From contig NC_068982.1 in assembly GCF_001194135.2 (NCBI RefSeq), positions 65,705,891 through 65,769,890 on the forward strand: 64,000 nt of DNA, in the 5' to 3' direction. Made by a program: the position numbers and the translations under genes. Position 1 is the first letter of the stretch; the number at the start of each line of letters is the position of its first letter. Positions 36,120-49,203 of this stretch are shown here, piece by piece. Under the pieces are notes generated by a model. It had not been told where the DNA came from. It ran no database searches and saw only the letters and a list, made by a program, of their open reading frames with translations. The DNA comes from Octopus bimaculoides (Eukaryota).

Positions 36120-36790
36120 GACATGGAAATCTTTCTGAATTGATGGGCACCACCTTTCATTTATGTTTTATGTAGTATTTTTGGTACCGATAAAAATTTT
36201 TGTATTCGAAGTTATTTCATGTAAAAAATTGTTGTATTTCGGTACTTTCAACCAATCACTGACGTCTATTGAGGTGAAAACAATTACTGCTGTGAATTGT
36301 GAACACCAAGTTGTTCGGTGTAATGGGATCTTTTCCCTTGAATAAAATTAATGCCGTCGTTTGTCAACAACTATCAGCGGTACTGTTATTTATAACATCG
36401 TTCGTGCGTTTGTACTGGTTTTAGCTTTAGGGTTCGGGTTTTAGAGTTAGGGTTATGATTATTTTTGCCCTAACCCTAAAACCCAAAACCTAAGCCTAAA
36501 ACCTTTTACCCTTACTAGGGAATAACTATTTAATTACCAAGGGATAACTATCTTGACACCGGCAAAAAGTATTGTTTACAAAAACAGCAGTAACTGCATT
36601 CAGCTGAATAGACGTCATTGATTGGTTGAAATTACAGAAATACGACAATTTTAACATGAAATAACTTGCAATATTGAAATTTTTGTTAAGAAGGCTAAGA
36701 GAAAAATATGTTTTATATGACACATTCTACCAGTATCCCAAGTTTGAAAGTGTTTCGTTAAGAAAACCAGTGGTGCCCGTCAATTCAGAA
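36120..36790. mobile_element. Long-TIR foldback with TTAGGG/CCCTAA-like centre in FDX1 intron 1
   Basis: 36205-36290 is inverted relative to 36585-36670; centre ttagggttcgggttttagagttaggg...ccctaaccctaaaaccc. Confidence 0.7.
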
Positions 36791-38674
36791 ATATCCGAGG
36801 CCCGTTGAAAAGAAAATTTTGGAAGTCGTTCCCTTGTTTTTTAACTTCCTTTTTCTCTTTGACTACACACACACACGTTTTGTTTTTATGTCGAGTTATA
36901 ATGCTTAAGTAATGTCAGCTTTATCTAAGAATTGTCTAGTTTTATTTGTGTTATTGACAAAGAGAGCCTGTTAATAAAATTAAACTTAAAAATTACTCAA
37001 TACTTTTTTTGGAGTACATATTTTGATACTTTTTATAAGACGGTGGCAGGGATTTTAAAGTTTCGACTTGTTGATCTTTGTCGGACGTTTTGACGAATGC
37101 TGAGAGGCCGAAACTTCGAAATCACTATCACTTTTTGTATATTGTGTTTGTGTACACACGCACACACACACACACGCACGCGCGCGTGCACACTCACACA
37201 CATCTTGTTTCAGACATTTGACTGCAGCCATACTGGGGCACCACATTGAAGGGTTTTAGTCGAACAAATCAATCCCTGGAGTTTTTTTTTTAAAGCTTAG
37301 TACTTATTCTATTAGGGTTTTTTTGCCGAACTGTTGTGTGCACATAAAAAAGAACTTATTTATTAACAGAAAAGTATGCTGTTGAATGAAAAGTTTTTTC
37401 AAATACCCCTCCTCCATCCTTCACTTCTGTTTATAATTTTAAAGTATTAGAGATCCTGATAAGGTCATTCCTTTGATTTATCCACTGTGATTTAAAAAAA
37501 GGTATGTAAAAGATAATTTATTTTAATAGCATACTTCCCTGTTAGTATGTTTTTCCATTCACAGACTGCTTTGTGTGGTGGTAGTGGTGTTTAGAAATTT
37601 AATTTTCAAAATTTTTCATCTAAATCTCCCTTAAATCACACACTTTTTTTTTTTTTTTTTTTATCTGAAAAGGCTTCTCCCATTGTTTTTAAGGACATAG
37701 TACAACAACAAAAAAATTGGTCAAAATCAGTTCAGATAGTGAGGGGGTCAAAATGGAGAAATTGCAACTTATGTGGGTGTCCTTATCTGAAACTCCACTA
37801 TTTACGTATTATATTTGACTAATTTGAGTGTTAAAGGGTTAAGTGATTAATAGATGTTTGAAGTAAATTCGGTTAATAAAGCCTCTCCTATGAAACTAAC
37901 ATTTGACCCTAGACAGAATCATAATGGATGTATATGTCTTTACCTCATTTTTATTGTGAAATACTTAGATTATATGTCCGAGTCAGATTACATTTATGTT
38001 CTTTTTCTTTTCTTTTTTTTTTTTACATTATATTTCTCTTCCTCTTTCCTTTCTTAAATATTATAATTATTAACTATTAATTGGTGAACTCTATGAAAAT
38101 GTATCATATTTTCCCTAAAATTCTGGTTGGCCTGGTGTAATTTTATAAATATTAGTACAAAGTAATAATGCATACAGCCATCCACTGTTCAGTACCTCTC
38201 TGTCAGCCCTTACACCCATTGATCATTTTCTCTTTCCCTTCACATACATTTTCTTATCATATTGACACCACTTAACATATTAGCTCTTTTCATTTCTTTT
38301 TTGTTGTTGTTTGTTCTCTCTCTCTCAGTATAATTATTAATCGAATTAAATATTAACCAGTAAACTCGATGAAAGTGTCTTATTTTCTTCCAAATTTATG
38401 TCTAGACATGGAGTCATATTGTATTTCAGTATCTCTATAACTATGAGTTAATGATGCATTTAACCGTCATTTATGACTATATTCACTCCCTGCCTCTACT
38501 ACGTGACCTCGGAATTCCTGGAGAAGGGAGAGCACTCAGTATGATCTAAAAATAAATGTACGTTTATGTCAGGTCAGAGACCTAGTAACTAGAGGCCTTT
38601 TACTAATAATCATATAAGCTCATACAACCTGTGTCTGTCGGCAACTAAACCAGGAACCCAACAGTCATTCACTT

Positions 38675-38711
<37 letters not shown>

Positions 38712-39089
38712 GTGCATATACATGTGTATGTAAAAGAACATTTACATTTGAGTGTGTAGAAGTGTTCAGATTAATGTCTGGGTGCGCAGTAAAACCACTT
38801 TGAGAGGAAAAATTCCCAAATCATGCCCCTACTGATTTGTGGGCAATCTTTTTATTGGAAAAGTGTAGGAAAAGCTCTCTCATAAAATCTGCCATTGAAA
38901 TAGTTCCCAGTCACTTTACTCCTGTTTGTCACTGGATATTTAATTGTAGTCCCACTAAGAGGGACTTAAGCTAACTGGCTAATATATATTTAATTATAGA
39001 TACTCACTGGGTGGAGTATGTGTCATACAAACACACATTGCAATAATCCATTAATGTACAGGTCTACATTAGGTACTAGGGTGGAGTGA

Positions 39090-39378
39090 AAAAAAAAAAA
39101 AAATGTGGAAATTGAAAATGCCTGAGGGCTAAAATGTTATGTTTGATTACTAGAAAAATGCTATATTTTCTTCGAGATCGATCAAGGGCATTTACTCCCT
39201 CAAGCCCCCTAAACTCCAAAAATGGGGGACTTTTGTAAATTTTTTACAATAGCAGAGTTTGGGGTATTTGAGGGAGTAAATGCCCATGACTGATCTAAGC
39301 AAAAATTTTGCATTTTTCTAGTAATCAAATACAGCAACATTTTAGCCTCCAGACATTTTCAATTTCCACAATTTTTTT
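39090..39378. mobile_element. Palindromic MITE (~125-bp arms)
   Basis: tgtggaaattgaaaatg..ggctaaaatgtt..tttgattactagaaaaatgc..gggcatttactccctcaa and its reverse complement. Confidence 0.75.
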
Positions 39379-39399
39379 TGTTTTCACTCCACCCTAAAA

Positions 39400-40300
39400 G
39401 GTGCTGGTATGTCTGTGTAGTTAAAAAGCTCACTTTCCAACTATGTGGTTTTGGGTTCAATCCCATTGCACAGCACCTCGGGCAAGTGTTTTCTATTATA
39501 GCCCCACCCCAACTTGACCAATGCCATGTGAGTGGATTTCATAGACAGAAACTGTGGAAGCCTGTCATGTGTGTTTTTGTGTTTGTCCCCACTACTGCTG
39601 GATACCCAGTATTGAGTTGTTTATGTTCCTGTAACTTAGCAGTTTGGCCAATGTAACTAATAGAATAAGTATCCGACTTCAGAAAAATAAGTATAGGGGT
39701 CAATTTGCTTGACTAAACCCTTTAAGGTAGTACCCCAGCATGGTCACCGTCCACTGAATGAAACAGATAAAAGCATGTTTCACCTTATCTTCCTTTTTGT
39801 TTTTAAGAAAGCCTTTTGATGATGGAACAGTGTCGGAATATCTATGCTTAACCACTTGGAAGCACATAGTCACAAATCTGCACATCATAGGCAATGAGTG
39901 TCTTTATCTTTTACTTGTTTCAGTCATTTGACTGTGGCCATTCTGGAGCACCATCTTGAAGGGTTTTAGTTGAATAAATCGCCCCTCCCCACCCCCAGTA
40001 CTAATTTTTTTTTTTGAAACCTTATTCTATCATCATTTGCTGAACTGCTAAGTTATGGAGATGTAAACACACCAACACCAGTTGACAAGCAGTCGTAGAG
40101 GACAAACAGATGTAAAGACACATACACATCTATATATATATATACGATGGGCTTCTTTCAGTTTCCATCTACCAGATCCACTCACAAGACTTTGGTCAGC
40201 CTGAGGCGATAATAGAAGACACTTGCCCATGGTGCTATGCAGTGAGACTGAACCTGATCCCATGTGGTTAGGAAGCAAGCTTCTTACCACACAGCCATGC
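39400..40300. mobile_element. Tail-to-tail inverted pair of family-A SINEs (39400-39780 +, 39905-40300 -)
   Basis: Both carry the head ...ggttcaatcccattgcacagcacc.. and the tail ..gaataagta..; opposite orientation, ~125-bp spacer. Confidence 0.7.
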
Positions 40301-42388
40301 CTGTTCTGGAACTGACTTATTTGGGTGACGTTTTTTGTGTTTGAGCCGCCCTGTTTATCTAGTTTCCGAGGAAGATGCTAGAGAAAGGTTGTCTGTCTAA
40401 TTTCAGCTGCTTAATTTACTGTGGCAAAGGAAAAAGGTAATAATTCCCACAGGCAACCTTCAACTTTTTCTATCCAAAGGGATTTTCTACCCAATATTTA
40501 CAAAGTATTATTCATAGCTCTATCTACTTTGAGCTCCACTGTTAGAAACAGATTATTAATGATTATATTGTTTCCCACCTTCTTCATTCATTAGGTACCA
40601 AAGTTTATACCTTCTAGGTAATATGCTTAGTTCCTGACTATCTTTCCCCACCCTCTCTCTTGCTCTCTCTCACCTAAGCTGTTTCCTTTATTCTAATATC
40701 TGTTGGTTAGAAAGAAACAAATAGATGGAAGGTGACAATTTGCAGGGATCAGCCAGAAATCTTAACTTTTTTTTTTTAAAAACACATTTACAAATAAATG
40801 CTTCTTATTTTACTTCAATCAATTTTTTCATTCTCCCTTTTTCTTTTGGGTGTCGGCTCTTTTGCTTTTCACATGAAACATGAAAACAACAGGTAAACTT
40901 TGGTAANNNNNNNNNNNNNNNNNNNNNNNNNNNNNNNNNNNNNNNNNNNNNNNNNNNNNNNNNNNNNNNNNNNNNNNNNNNNNNNNNNNNNNNNNNNNNN
41001 NNNNNNNNNNNNNNNNNNNNNNNNNNNNNNNNNNNNNNNNNNNNNNNNNNNNNNNNNNNNNNNNNNNNNNNNNNNNNNNNNNNNNNNNNNNNNNNNNNNN
41101 NNNNNNNNNNNNNNNNNNNNNNNNNNNNNNNNNNNNNNNNNNNNNNNNNNNNNNNNNNNNNNNNNNNNNNNNNNNNNNNNNNNNNNNNNNNNNNNNNNNN
41201 NNNNNNNNNNNNNNNNNNNNNNNNNNNNNNNNNNNNNTTGTGCGGGTGGCACATAAGACACCATTTCGAGCGTGGCCGTTTTCGTGCAGGTGACATGTAA
41301 AAGCACCCACTACACTCTGAGTGGTTGGTGTTAGGAAGGGCATCCAGCTGTAGAAACTCTGCCAAATTAGATTGGAGCCTGGTGTTGCCATCCGGTTTCA
41401 CCAGTCCTCAGTCAAATCGTCCAACCCATGCTAGCATGGAAGGCGGACGTTAAACGATGATGATGATATATATATATTTTAGTAACAGTTTGATTCAACT
41501 CCATATGACTTAAATTTTCATGGGCATGTAGACTACATCCCATTTCATCATATTCGACCCTTCTAATATCCCATGTGAGGGACACGTCCTACACACCCTT
41601 GAAATTTTGTTACACAGAGCTTAGTCAGACTGCTATTAAAAATATATATAACTGCTGCCAAAAGTGTTGAGTGCCACTTTTGTTGATCCACTCATTCATG
41701 TACTAAATATATAATATAGATAAACTGGCACAGCCAAGCACTTGGAAAACTTTCACAATTCCTGGGAAAACTTTGGGGACTAAGTATACTCTTTGAGAGC
41801 TGAGATGTTTGGATTCAATAAAACGAAATATAGTGATTGGCTTCATGATGATAATGTTGTGCTCAGCCATCTGCTAGAAATGAAAGACTTAAGCTTGCAA
41901 AGTCAATTGCAAAATCTGTATGGTTGGGAAGTTTATTTTATGTTCAATCCTATTGCATGTCACCTTGGGCAAACGTTTTTTACTATGGTACCACCAAAGT
42001 GTTGTGAGTGGATTTTGTAGATGGAAACAAAAATAAGTCCATGTGTGTGTGTGTGCATGTCCTTTTCTTGACATCATATGATTGTTATAAATGAGTCATA
42101 TTATACAAGTAGTGTCATTAATTTCTAATATGCTGCAAGAATTTGTCAAGCTATGCTCAGAAACCCGTGAAGATTGGCAGCAGGAAGGGCATGTAGCTGC
42201 AGATCTGCCTTAATAAACTGTGTCCATCTAATTCATGCAACTATTGAAAAGTGGACCTGAAAATGATGAGGAGGTAACTGTGCAATGAGAGTCGAGGAAA
42301 ATTCAAAACAAGTGGTAGTCAGATATCTCCCAGAAATTCAAATTCTGTACAATAGAAGACCTTAAATATGTTTCTTTGTGTGTGTGTG

Positions 42389-42424
<36 letters not shown>

Positions 42425-43447
42425 TATCATCATTTTACATCTGCTATCCTTAGGTTGGACAGTTTGAGAGGGTTGGAGGACCACATCTTGCTCCATTGTG
42501 TCAGTTTTTGTATGGTTTCTACAACTGGATGCTCTTCTTAATGTTAACTCCTTTATAGAGTTTACTGGGTGCAGTTTTGTGATATTAGCACTAACAAGAT
42601 CACCATGCAATCAGAAAGTTAAAGAGTATGCAAGGTGTTGAGAGGTTAAAGTATGATAGTCAGGAACAGGTTTGTTGTTGTAGAGGAGATACCCTACATT
42701 ATCTATGGGTGGGTGAGAGTATTTGGGGTGGAACATGGTGATGGTGAGTTGTCAGTGTATCCTCAGAAAATATGAAAGCAGAAACCATGGGGATAGAAGT
42801 TCAAGAAAAGTGTGTGTGTGTGTATACTTGTTGAACTTAAACTGGATTGTAGAAAGAAGAGTTAAAGTGAAATATCCAATTTATTTATGTATTATATTTA
42901 TTCATTCAGTTATAATTAAATGCCTGCAAATCCAATTATGTAATATGCATTATATAACAGGCATGGCTATATCATTTTTCTCATCCATGTCTATACATTG
43001 TTTAATTGTCACATGCATGTTGTTGAAACAATTTTAAACTATGGAAGAAAGTAATGCCAGCTACTCCATTCTTTACTTATTTTACACACACACATTAATA
43101 TATGCAAATAAAGTGTGTGTGGTGGAAGTCGAGTTAACTTGTGCCTGAGTACAACTACTTCTTGATACATGATAAATTTCTTGGATGTAACCATGGAAAT
43201 CAGCAAAGAGAGGACAATTACTAACCGTTGCCCAGTTCTGAAATTTAGCAAACTTTGTTTAAACTGCCTTTTCTATGTTTCTTAGAGTATTGACTATTAA
43301 GGCTGAAACTACTGCCATCTATTGAATGTATGTAGTATTATACACTTGACTACGTTACTGCAATTATTCACAGCTATTTAAAACCATATTTCATTGTACT
43401 ATTAGTGTTTAATATTTATTTTTATTGCTGATGCTGTTAACTCTTAG

Positions 43448-43554
43448 GATTACAATATATTTCATTGATCGAGATGGAGACCGTATTGCTGTGACTGCCA
43501 GTATTGATGAAACACTTCTTGATGTGGCTCTGAGGAATGATATTGACCTTGAAG
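43448..43554 (+). CDS. FDX1: Ferredoxin exon 2A (mutually exclusive; FDX2/Yah1-like DLEG loop)
   Basis: Acceptor gctgttaactcttag|G; 107 nt ITIYFIDRDGDRIAVTASIDETLLDVALRNDIDLE; donor G|gtattt; phase 2 in, phase 1 out; no stops. Gives a 155-aa protein. Confidence 0.85.
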
Positions 43555-43617
43555 GTATTTATCTATCGATTCAATTTGCAGCAAAAGCTATTTTTCTTCC
43601 CCCTTTTTGTGTTTCAG

Positions 43618-43730
43618 GGTAACCATATATTTTGTGACCAGTGATGGCAACAAAATTGCAACAGAGGCCAAAGTAAATAGCACTTTGTTGGACTCTATTA
43701 TTGACAACGACCTTGATTTTGATGGCTTCG
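43618..43730 (+). CDS. FDX1: Ferredoxin exon 2B (mutually exclusive; FDX1-type DFDGFG loop)
   Basis: Acceptor ttcttccccctttttgtgtttcag|G; 113 nt VTIYFVTSDGNKIATEAKVNSTLLDSIIDNDLDFDGF; donor G|gttagt; same phases as 2A; no stops. Gives a 157-aa protein. Confidence 0.9.
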
Positions 43731-45969
43731 GTTAGTGGTTTTCTATTTCTCTGCAGGAATATTTCATCTTCTCTCTAAATTCTCTCTTCTGTCTCAGTTT
43801 AATTTACCAAAATGTATTGCTTTATAGACATTTATTCTTTGTAACATAGTGGGATTTGAAAACTGCCATATTCTCTTATGGAGCTGTATTATTGAGTTTA
43901 TTCTTCTTTTATACGAACAATATGGCCAGATGGTTAAGAAATTTGCTTCACAACCATAATATCCCAAGTTCAGTCTCACTGCATAGTATCTTGGGAAAAT
44001 GTTGTTTTCTGTAACTTTCAAGTGATCCATGAGTGAAAATGAATAAGCAAAAACTGTATAGAAACTTAACCAGTGGATTGTACCTGTAATTTAAGAAAGC
44101 TTTATCTCACTCTGTCACCATGATTAAATCTGAAAATTATATATAGGGTACACGTGACTGTGGAATACTCAGCCATTTGCACATTAATTCAGGAGCAGGT
44201 AATTCAGTGCTCAAACAACTGAATCCTCACTGTCAAATAATGGAGTTCTACCTTCACTATTTCTCTTTGCTTACTTGTGTTGTGTTCAAGTAGGAATAAG
44301 TAGAATTCAGTCTTGTCTAGGACACAGTGCACTGCCAATGGTAAGATATAAATACTTAGTTCTTTAACTGGGAGGTGAATAACTTATTTAATTGGTTATT
44401 ACAACATCACTAAGGAATAATAATATGGGGTTATTCTGGTAAGTGTTTTCAGTGTTTAAATATTGTATAAAAATTCTCCATAAACCTCTTGTAAAAACTC
44501 TACATAAGTTTTAGATGATTACCATATTTGATGGCATGAAAGACGCATGAACATTAGATATACCCCAATTTCTGCAGGAAAAAAGTTTTCATGCATTAAC
44601 TCTTTAGCATTCAAGTCACTCTGTCAAATGTAATGCTCATTCATCCATAATGTTTGAATTAATTATCCATTATCTTGTAGCTTTGAGATTTCAATAATGT
44701 GATTGTTTATTTTTCAAATAATATTGTAGTGTAGGTGTGTGAGTGAAGGTATATGGCTTAGTGATTAAGGTATTCAGCTCATGATCATAAAGTTGTGAGT
44801 TCGATGACTGGTAGTACACTGTGTCCTTGAGCAAGATACTTTATTTCATGTTGCTTCAGTCCACTAAGCTGGAAAAAAATTGTAGTACCTATATTTCAAA
44901 AGGTCTGCCTTGTCACATCCTGTCATGCTGAATCTCCCTCAGAATTACATTAATGGTATGTGTGTCTGTGGAGTGCTCAGCCACTTGCACATTAATTTCA
45001 TGATCAAGTTGTTCCGCTGATCGGATCCCTTGTTGTCGTAACCAATGGAGTGCCAGTTAGTTTGTAGGTATGTATGAGATCAGATCTATCCAGTTTTAAC
45101 ATAGAACAAATAGGATACTTGAGCTGGATATGACCAATTTAAATGCTGAAGGGTTAAAGCATGTATTATAGGCCCAGCTTCATATATAGGACCTAGAATG
45201 ATGTTTTGAGACAATGTTTTTGAAAAAAAGTGTTTTATATGCTATCAAATATGGTAGTTGGCATAAGATTTAGATTAATATACTATTTGATGGCAGTGTT
45301 TCACATCTATAAACGATATCATACAAGTAAACAGATTTCAAAAAGCATCATATTCTTTTTCACTTGTGATAATTTAATGTGCAAAGTGGGTTTATATTTC
45401 ACTGCATATATTCTAATATTTTTTAATAAACCAGAATTTTTTATTAGTGCTGTGATATACAGGACTGATAAATATCATGGTGTGGATAATGTTCAGCACA
45501 TTTTGACAAATAGCTCTTTGTAGTTCATTCTAAGCTTGCATGTTCATTCCTGCATGACAGTTTATCTCTTAATGTGTCAACTGTTTTTCTCCAAGGAAAT
45601 TTAGTTTGAATTGGCAGAGCTTAAAAAAAGAAAACAATAAGTGCGGGAAAAGCCTGTTAAAATTTATCCAATGGAAAATTATATGCTTAACAAACCTTGA
45701 AATAAATACTCCAAACTCGATTCTAGTCACTACCTCCTGCAAACATGAAAATGTTCACCAATGAGGGAACCTGTAAGTGCTTTCCTAACATGTTAGAGAT
45801 AACTACTAAAGCTCCATCAAATCACTCCCAACCTTCTGAAGAAAAAATAGCACTTGCATACGATAATATAGTTTGTGATGCAATGTCTGATAATGAGTTT
45901 ATTGTAGCTGCTCAACCAGAGCTGGCCAGGGGTTAAGAACAACACTAAAACCATAGGTACTGAGACATA

Positions 45970-46110
45970 AACTTACATCTGTTTCCAACTTACATCTGTT
46001 TCCAACTTACATCTGTTTCCAACTTGCATCTGTTTCCAACTTACATCTGTTTCCAACTTACATCTGTTTCCAACTAACATCTGTTTCCAACTCACATCTG
46101 TTTCCAACTA
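45970..46110. repeat. 17-bp minisatellite, 8 copies (AACTTACATCTGTTTCC)
   Basis: Units start at 45970, 45987, 46004, 46021, 46038, 46055, 46072 and 46089; variants CTTGC, CTAAC and CTCAC. Confidence 0.95.
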
Positions 46111-47559
46111 ACCAACCTGACTACACATTCAGTTCCAACTTTGGCACAAAACCTGGTTCTTATGTTTATGTACTGTTCACTATTTCTGTGCAGAAAATTA
46201 ACCATCATGTTATTCTCTTTAAAATTCCCATCCCACGATTACCTCTCTCCAACTTTATATTGCTTTCTTAATTCTTTCAATCGTATTTAATCCTTTTCAT
46301 TATCTTATATCCAATATCAGATTCTTTAAGCAATAATCTACAAGTTCCCCTAAATCCCCAATTCCAATTTTCTTCATAAATTAATTCATCAAAATGAAGG
46401 AGGCAAACATCCCTGAGCTTTGTGTGCTCTCATAGACTGGTATTATTGAAATGCAATTTATGTTCTGCTCGAATATCTCTGAGTAGGTGTCTTTTGGGAA
46501 AATGTGAATTGGAAGAGAATTCCAAAAGTTGGCATTCTAGAAAGGAAGGACTGGTTAATGCAGGGTCTTTGAAATGAGACATTTTGAATAAATAAGAGCA
46601 TGCAAGATGAATGAAAGTAGTGTGCAGTTTTGTTTAGAGAAGCTGGGGCTTTTGAAATAGAGATTAGTGTGTTGGTGAGTGAATATTTGCCTATCATACA
46701 GATGTTTGTGTGTGCTTTAGAATGTTTGTATAACTGCAACGCCATCCCTGGTGCTGAAGTTATTGGTCTTACTAGATAGTTTTGTAGAGGGTCAGCAGTT
46801 GGTTGAAGCTAAAGTATTTTCCAAGCCAAAAGTGAAAAGCTGGTCTTCAAGATGCACTTTTAGCAATATTATGGCTGTGGGATCATTAAGAGAGAATACC
46901 AGTGATTGTGAGACCTTGCATTTGTAGGTACTCATCATTAACATCATCATCATTCAATGTCCATGTTCCATGCTGGCATGGTTAGGATAGTTTCACAGGA
47001 TCTGATGGGTCCAAGGACTGGATTGTGCATCACTGCCTACTTCTGCCTGGTTTCTAAAGCTGGATGCCCTTCCTAATACCAACCACTTTACAGTGTGTCC
47101 TACTTGTTTCACGCCAACAAAATTAATGAAGTCACCACCCACCTTGCAAGACTACAAATCCAGAGGGAGGTGGCTTTATCTTGATGTGGAGCTAAAATAT
47201 GAGAAGGATCCAGAGTAGAACAGGACTCCTGCTGTAAAGGGGTCATTAGGCTACTCACACTTTAGAGAAGAATGTATAGGGAAGTTGGGTGGTGCAAGAA
47301 ATACATAAAAAGTAATGGTGATGAGGCATCTGGGTAAACCCTCAGAATATGGGATGAGTAGATGTGAGGGCTGAAGAATTGGGGGTATGGGTGGAGGCTG
47401 CAAGAGTGAGTGAGAGTGATGGGAATGGGTGAGGCAGTGAATAAAATGAAGAATAAGTGTTGAGGGGATAAGTAGTGGAGATAGGGAGTAGTAGATGACA
47501 ACTGTTGATACTGGGTAGAGTTGAGTGGTGGATAGTTTTAATTGTGTATAGCCCAATAC

Positions 47560-48210
47560 TAGACACGGTGAGGTATGAGATTATTTCTTTATTGTATGCA
47601 GTGTTTGGGTCTTTGTGCTATTGAAAGAGACAAGTGTCATGTAATTGATTTTGAGGTTTCTGTTCCTGAAAGCAGCACAAGTTTGATATGAGGCATCTAG
47701 GTTGCATATAGAGGGTACTTCTGTACAGAAGGTTATGGATTAGGGAAGAATGAATGTTGAGAAGCAAGACATTACAGGGAGACAAGTGTAGTGGAGGACA
47801 TAACTAAACTTAAGACACACCAGGGTTGATAGTATGGGTCAGTGAGAGGCTAGTCAGCACACAGTGTTGTTATGATCTAACAGGAAGACTAGTCCAGGAG
47901 ATAAAAGATGGATGAAGCTCATAAATAGGCAGCTTATCTAGGTAATGCCAGACAAGGTCAAATATTTTGCTGATGTCAAGTACAACGCTGCTTTTGGTGA
48001 AGTTCTCAATTGCATGGAACTGGTATTCTGCAGCATAGGAAACCAGGTCCCTTGTAGATCAGGCTTTATGAAAGCTGTACTAGTGGTCATTGAAGAGGGA
48101 GGGAGACTTAAGGTATCGAAGACAGTGATAGTTAATTATTTTTTTAATGGCTTAATCAGAGGTGGAAGAGCTGCATCCATGATCATTTTTCAGCACCTCC
48201 AAAACTAGCA
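47560..48210 (-). mobile_element. Decayed LINE reverse transcriptase (Jockey/CR1 group)
   Basis: Minus strand reads ..VVLDISKIFDLVWH.., the RT ALDISKAFDRVWH motif; many stops. Confidence 0.6.
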
Positions 48211-49203
48211 GTAGGATGCCATTTACTTGTTGAAGAAAAAAAAAAAAGTATCAGCCATGCCAGCCAACATCTTGAATAGAAGAGATGAATCATTCTCCAC
48301 CTGCTTATATAGAAGAAAATATAGTCCTTCATCTTTGAAACATATCTCTTCACCTGATCTATTTGAATTATGAACATGATAGTTAGTTCCCTAAAATAAA
48401 CAATGACAATATGTAGAAAGTAATGCCATTTATACATGCATTTTTATCATTATCATCATATGTACATGCACCTAAGTTCATATTCGTATGTACTAATAAT
48501 ACTTTATTGGTGTGTTTATGTCCCCATAACTTAGCAGTTCGGCAAAAGAAACCAATAGAATAAGTACTATGCTTACAAAGAATAAGTCCTGGAGTTGATT
48601 GCTTTGCCTAAAAACCCTTTGAGGTGGTGCTCCAGCATGGTCACAGTCAAAATGACAAACAAGTAAAAGAATAAGAGAATATTAGCTTATGGGTGCCCCA
48701 ACTTGGCATATAGGACCCAGGGTGAATTGAGACATTTTTCTGGGAAAAAGTGTCTTGTATACCATCAAATATGGTATTGGTGGCTGACATGTAGAATATT
48801 CTTTTCTACACTAAGTACAAGGCCCGAAATTTTTGGAGAGGGGGGGGGCAGTTGATTAGATCAGTCCCAGTACACAACTGGGACTTAATTTATTGTTCCC
48901 GAAAGGATGAAAGGCAAAGCTGACCTCAGCAGAATTTGAACTAAACGTAAAGACAGATGAAATATCGCTAAGCATTTCATCCATCATGCTAACGTGCTGA
49001 CATGTAGAAATTAAGAGATATATGGCTTGCCTTTGTGTTCTTTCTGAATTGCAATTTCCTTGTGATATGGCACTTCTCCTTAAATTCTGAAATCATCTTC
49101 AAATGCAGCTTTTGTTGCAGCTTTCAGCATTTAAACTATGGTTGAAAATGTCTAATCTAAATATTTTAAGAGTTCTTTATTTAAGAGATGAAGAATTATG
49201 TAC

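Noticed and set aside
43425-43622. Single-exon ORF MLMLLTLRITIYF...FCVSG*
   Set aside because: This is exon 2A read through its flanking introns; the splice sites define the real exon.
45970-46110. Possible CRISPR-like array
   Set aside because: Head-to-tail repeats with no spacers, in a eukaryotic intron.
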